Assembly: GCA_036630325.1 (NCBI GenBank)
Contig: CP142737.1
Span: 620,001 to 684,000 of the forward strand
From: Vairimorpha necatrix
Lineage: Eukaryota
Direction: 5' to 3'
DNA: 64,000 bases
The notes beneath the pieces were generated by a model. That model was not told where the DNA came from and made no database searches. It worked only from the letters and a program-made list of their open reading frames with translations. Positions 59,043 through 64,000 of this stretch are shown here, piece by piece (within the stretch, counting starts at the first letter, position 1; every line of letters begins with the position of its first letter). Position numbers and translations under genes: made by a program.

Positions 59043-61354
59043 GGCGCTACTAAATTATCTCGGCCAAGGGGTGAAAATAGGGGTAAAAAAAATAAATATT
59101 TCGTTCAAATTTAAAGGGTAACTTTTTCTTGGCCGAGATAATTGAGTAAAGGTGAAAAGGGGTTAAAATCCGCCCCAAACACGGAAAGACTTATTGACGA
59201 GCTAACAAGCTTAGACTTCTCCCATGAAATATTCCAAAACAACGAAAAAGCATTGGAATTTTTCACAAGACATAATGTTTTCCGGAGTTCTCTTATTTGT
59301 GATAAGTGTGTTAGTGCTAATCGCTTGAAACCGAGAGAAAGCACTAGACGGGAAAGTTTTTCGATGTGTCAACACATCATGTAGGAGAAGGATGTCCACA
59401 AGGAAGGGTTCAAAGTTAGAAAAAATAAGAAATGATGCAAACAAAGTTTTAAAAGGAATACATTGCTGGATTTTTAACGCTAGCAGCTATCACGCAGTAA
59501 ATTTATGTAAAATATCTGAGCCAACCTACATAAAACTAAAAAACATAATTGATGAACTGATTGGGGAAAGAGAACAAGAGGAGAAACAGATTGGCGGTGA
59601 AGGCGTCGAAGTACAATACGACGAAACTGCTATCTGTAATGGGTTAATAATCGAGAACCCAATAAGTGTAGATGATGATATTCCTGGGATACAATGAATT
59701 TTAGGCGGCGTATAGAAGGATTATTTCAGAAATTTTGTTTTAAAAATAATTCCAAACAGAAAAAAAGAAACAATATTTGAGTTTTTTAAACAATATGTTG
59801 GGCCGGGTTCTATAATAGTAACAGATGGATATCCTTAGTATCCATGGGCAGTGCGTCAATTTGGGTCAGTTCACTGCGTTGTAAATCACAGTGAGGGGTT
59901 TTGCGCGCTGGAGGAACGAACACCAATCAAATTGGAAACCTGTGGTCTCAATTGAAGCAGCAATATCGTGCACGAGGTGGTGTATATAAAAAGAGAATCC
60001 AAATATTTTCAAATGAATTCGTATTAAAAAAATATAGGTGCTTCTTTGGTATGCGATCGGACACCAAGACCCCCCTTGTAAAGGAAAAAAAAATGAAAAA
60101 AACATGAAAAAAACGTTAAAAATACTATAAATTTGATTTAATTGAGTAAATTATATAATAAATCAACATAAAAGTCGTAAAACTTCCTATATTGTCATCT
60201 CTACAAAAACCTTTTCTAAATATAAATATATTGGGCCATGAATCAATTTCATTACGCTTAACTCCATCTTCTTTGGTCATTTCAGATTTTAGCTGCGACC
60301 ATACATTCTCAATGTTATTGGTATGAGTGCCATCTGCAGATTTAAACCCGATAGAGTGGTATACTACCTTATGTTCAAGACAAAGATTTCGTGCTACACT
60401 TGGATAACTCGGATGACCATCACTATGTAAAATCGAACCAACGCCTATTTTACCTTCTAGAGCAACTGTTAAACACTCGACTTTCCTATTATCCACCACT
60501 GTAATGTAAAAGTTCGCAGGATTAGATGCTTCTACTATACCTAGTATCCAAACAGTATCAGGGATTATATCATCACAACTTGTTGGATTTCTTATTTTAC
60601 CTCTTCTACAAATTACAGACTCATCAACTTGGACAATTATTCCTGGTCCGCCAATAATAAGCCTCTTAGAATATTTGTTTTTAAAAATTTCTCTAATTCT
60701 TTTTTTTGCATCGGAAACTGTCGATGAAGAAACTCCTAGTTTTGCCTTTAAAGTAAAATACTACTCCTACACAAAATTAAAAATATTAATTCACAAAAAT
60801 TATATAAAGGTAACTTGCTTTCTTTGTTAACTGATATTTTAGCACTGCATTTATAATTGGAACACCCGTATACCACTCTTTTAACCTCTCGCTCCTTATA
60901 TAATACAAATTTAAAATCTCATCGCTTTTAAAGCACGTCTTTTGCCCTTTCAAGACTTCTAACTCAAGTAATATGTTTAAACAGTCGTCAATCCCATAGA
61001 AAAGCCTTTGTATTGCCTTTATTTTGATTTTCGTGCTTTTCTTTGTATGCGATCAGAAATTTTAAAGTCACTATTTTCCATTTTTAGGGGATCAGAATTT
61101 TTTTTTAAAAAAAAATTCTGATCGCATACCAAAGAAGCACCAAAATATTTAAATAATTATGACTAAATCCCTCCTTTTAGCCTTCTTTGAGATAATATTA
61201 CTTTTTCTACATCTTCCCATTAATATTTTAATAAATATTTTAAATTTTAATTCAGTTTTTTTTTCTATTTTTTTTTTTAAAAATTTTCTATCTGCCAACT
61301 TTTTATTTTTTTTACCCCTCTTTTGAAAAGTGGCCGAGATAATTTAGTAGCGCC
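59043..61354 (+). mobile_element. Merlin/ISXO2 transposon (decayed)
   Basis: TIR GGCGCTACTAAATTATCTCGGCCA, TSD ATCTTTTC/ATCTATTC, fragments VQYDETAICNG and VTDGYP. Confidence 0.9.
60037..61141 (-). mobile_element. Merlin/ISXO2 transposon nested in the 59043 element
   Basis: TIR GGTGCTTCTTTGGTATGCGATC, TSD AAAATATA/AAAATATT, fragment HSDGHPSY...HTNNIENVW. Confidence 0.9.
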
Positions 61355-61420
61355 ATCTATTCTTTAAAGAAAAAGAGGGTTGGAAAATATCCAAAATATA
61401 TTGGAAATGTGAATATTATC

Positions 61421-62074
61421 TGTGATCAGGCACGAGGTCTCATCTGAAGTAGATGACGGAGTATCAGCAATAGATTTATTTGGTTTATTCGATGTAGCCA
61501 TGATTAAGGGTAAGGGCTGGAGAATAAATAAATAGGAAATATTTGGAATAGACCATTTCGACGGCCTATTCCGAAAAGAGTTGGCGTATTTACCTGGAAT
61601 TGTGCCAGTGGCAAGAAAGCATTCAATAATGCTACGGTTATGTGCACCGCGAATTCCCAAGGTAGGTGTAAATGTATTTGAATAGTGTTTATTGTTATTG
61701 GCGTCATGGGCCTGAGCTGGAGTGCGGCTGTTGTTGTTCTTAGGCATCCTCATTCTTTTAAGTGATGAATTTCGTTATTTATATTTGTGTGTAACCAATT
61801 AGAAATTAGTGTTTCAAAATTGTCCACTAACAATTAGAGATGCTTGACGTGTATCATTGCACATTAGCGTTTTATCGTCTATTGGTCACCATAAACATGT
61901 GGTATGAGATATTATACCACAAGAGTAAATTGCTAAAATTAAAGTAACTATCTAAATGCTCGTATTCAATATTAATTTACCGCCTGTCACTTATATCATC
62001 CTCCACATTTATATTAAATAAGAATCAGTCACATTTGGGGATTCTTATTGTCAGCGTAGGTTCGTCGCCTGACA
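61421..62074 (-). repeat. Solo LTR (about 309 bp net) interrupted by another solo LTR
   Basis: TG...CA with TSD TTATC inside the MULE ORF. Terminal hairpin 62049-62074. CCC motif followed by ATG (MATSNKPNK...). Confidence 0.82.
61582..61921 (-). repeat. Solo LTR related to the 37717 family
   Basis: 340 bp, perfect TSD AGAGT, terminal hairpin TGTGGTAT...ATACCACA, encodes SIIECFLATG. Confidence 0.9.
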
Positions 62075-62150
62075 TTATCAAAAGTACAAGTGCAAGCGTA
62101 GAGTGATTATAATGTGTAATGGGACAATTAAAGCGTGCGGCGAACACAAT

Positions 62151-62310
62151 TGTTACAGGATGATAATCTAGTTACTGAGATTATCCTGTAATTACTTTAT
62201 TGTGAAAACTTACCCAAAGTATCTACTGTAAAATATTTACTATAAATAATAAATAAATCTTTTACCCATCTAAAAATATTATGAAAAGGAAGGAGAAACT
62301 TTATTTAACA
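62151..62310 (+). repeat. Short (160 bp) solo LTR
   Basis: TGTTA...TAACA with perfect TSD ACAAT inside the MULE ORF. 5' hairpin TTACAGGA...TCCTGTAA. Confidence 0.8.
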
Positions 62311-64000
62311 ACAATCATTCAGGAGATGCAGCTAAAGTCGAAGCCGATAAAATATATGCAAATGTTCGAGACTTGGCAAAAACCTCTAGAGAAGCGCCAC
62401 AATCAATTATATTAGATTGTTTGTCCCTATGCAGCCAAGCCGCAGCTCCCAAACTGCCATCGATTGACAATATGAAGCGTAGCATTTATATTCGACAAAT
62501 TGCAGAACCCGGCCCGCACTCCCAAATTCAAAGCAAAAATTAAATTCACGGACGAATTTAAAGAAACGATAAGAGGTGAACCCTTTATACTGTATGATTC
62601 TGGAGCAGATGAAAACAGAATTTTAATTTTTTCGACGAATCATAATTTACGGCTTTTGGCAGATAGTCAACTTTGGTACACAAATGGCACCTTTAAAACC
62701 GTACCATTATTATTTCATCAATTGTACACAATTCACGGTCTAGAACAAAGTGCTTCTATTCCCTTGGTCTTCGCTTTATTGCCAAATAAATTAGAGCAAA
62801 TCTATTCTAAATTTCTTTGCATTTTAAAAAAAATGGAACCATCATTAAATCCGCAATCCATAACTGTAGATTTTGAAAAAGCCATGATGAATGCTATTTC
62901 AGTACATTTAGCTGGTGCAAGTGTAAAAGGATGCTTTGTTCATTTCTCACAGTGCATTTTTCGAGCCGTTCAAAATCATGGATTCAAACTACTGTACGAT
63001 ACAGAACCTGAATTTGCACTGCAAATAAGATCGCTGGCAGCGATCGCATTTGTACCTTCCAATGTTGTTGTTGAAGTTTTTGAAGAACTGTGGGACAGAA
63101 TACTGCCCATCGAAGCTCTGGCCGTCTTAGATTATTTTGAAGATACTTGGATTGGCCGCCCAAACCGAAGACGACGTCGAGCCTCGAAATTTATATAGCA
63201 CATATGGAATATGTACTCCAGAACAATAGATGGTCTTCCGAGGACCAACAACACGGCCGAAGGTTTACATCGTGGGTTCGAGTCGCAAGCTGGTGGTACT
63301 CTTCTGAATATTTGGAAGTTTATAAATTGCTTAAAAAAAAACAATCTATAATGAAGTTCGAATAGAACAATTACCGTCTGGCTTTAAAGCTCCTTCTTCT
63401 GAAAAAAGTATCGCGATTGCAGAACAAGAATTCTAAATGTAGTGTCCAATTTTAATCAAGAAAATATTTTAGAATTTTTTCGTGCCATTGCCCATAAACT
63501 GACATTTTAATATTAAATTAAATAGATTTTTATATTTAATGTTATTTTTTTTATTTTTATAAACATTCTGATACTTTTTACATTTTTTAATTCAAAAAGT
63601 GATATAAATATATTAATATTCAAATGCTATATTGCACAAGATATATGATACATACATAAAAAAAAAAATTTAAAATGAAATATATATATATCATGAATAT
63701 CCTTATAAAAATATATATTTTAATTTTTCGGTGAATTATTTTCGGAGAATTGCTGTCGGGGAATTCTCCGGACACCATAAATTTCTTTACTTAGTTAAAT
63801 TTAACTATGTAGCGCTTTTCTTTATCAACTATAAAGTTACCTCCATTTTCTTTGAGACAACATTCTTGGTTAGTTTAATGATTTTTTAGTGATTATTGTT
63901 TTCATTATTTTCGATTCCAATGAAATTTCTTGATAGGTTATATGCTATACAATTTTTATTTCCATCTATATGATTTAGTGAAAAACTAAATTCATTTAAC

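Larger units (their letters stand above)
58859..63776 (+). mobile_element. Second MULE of the 4395 family, 5'-truncated and interrupted by Merlins and solo LTRs
   Basis: Matches 4833 onward. Transposase pieces at 58978, 61355-61420, 62075-62150 and 62311-63510. Right TIR ends ...GAATTCTCCGGACACC at 63776. Confidence 0.92.

Noticed and set aside
11218-62315. Sequence-specific target consensus for the LTR elements
   Set aside because: The TSDs (ATAGT, GTATG, ACATC, ATATG, TTGGC, GTTTA, CTAAG, CATAC, TTATC, AGAGT, ACAAT) show no clear consensus.

Overview
This is AT-rich eukaryotic DNA made almost entirely of nested transposable elements. The host is most likely a large-genome microsporidian, inferred from the CCC/GGG-like motif just upstream of many ATGs, intronless ORFs and abundant Merlin/ISXO2 elements. 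The window holds three intact, very compact (about 4.0-4.2 kb) single-ORF Ty3/Gypsy LTR retrotransposons, several decayed or deleted ones and at least six solo LTRs. It also holds about ten Merlin (ISXO2-like) DNA transposons, three MULEs, one pogo with a deletion derivative, one Tc1/IS630-like element, two Ginger2/KRBA2-like integrase relics and two copies of a tRNA-Gly-derived SINE. The main unexplained signal is a Gypsy clade with no tRNA primer-binding site. Five elements with unrelated LTR sequences instead carry a perfect 12-bp palindrome with compensatory changes exactly 1 nt after the 5' LTR. The same clade has a terminal U3 hairpin conserved in structure but not sequence, and a gag ORF that starts inside the LTR. 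This suggests a tRNA-independent priming mechanism, possibly through an RNA dimer. All coordinates were read by eye; no searches were run.
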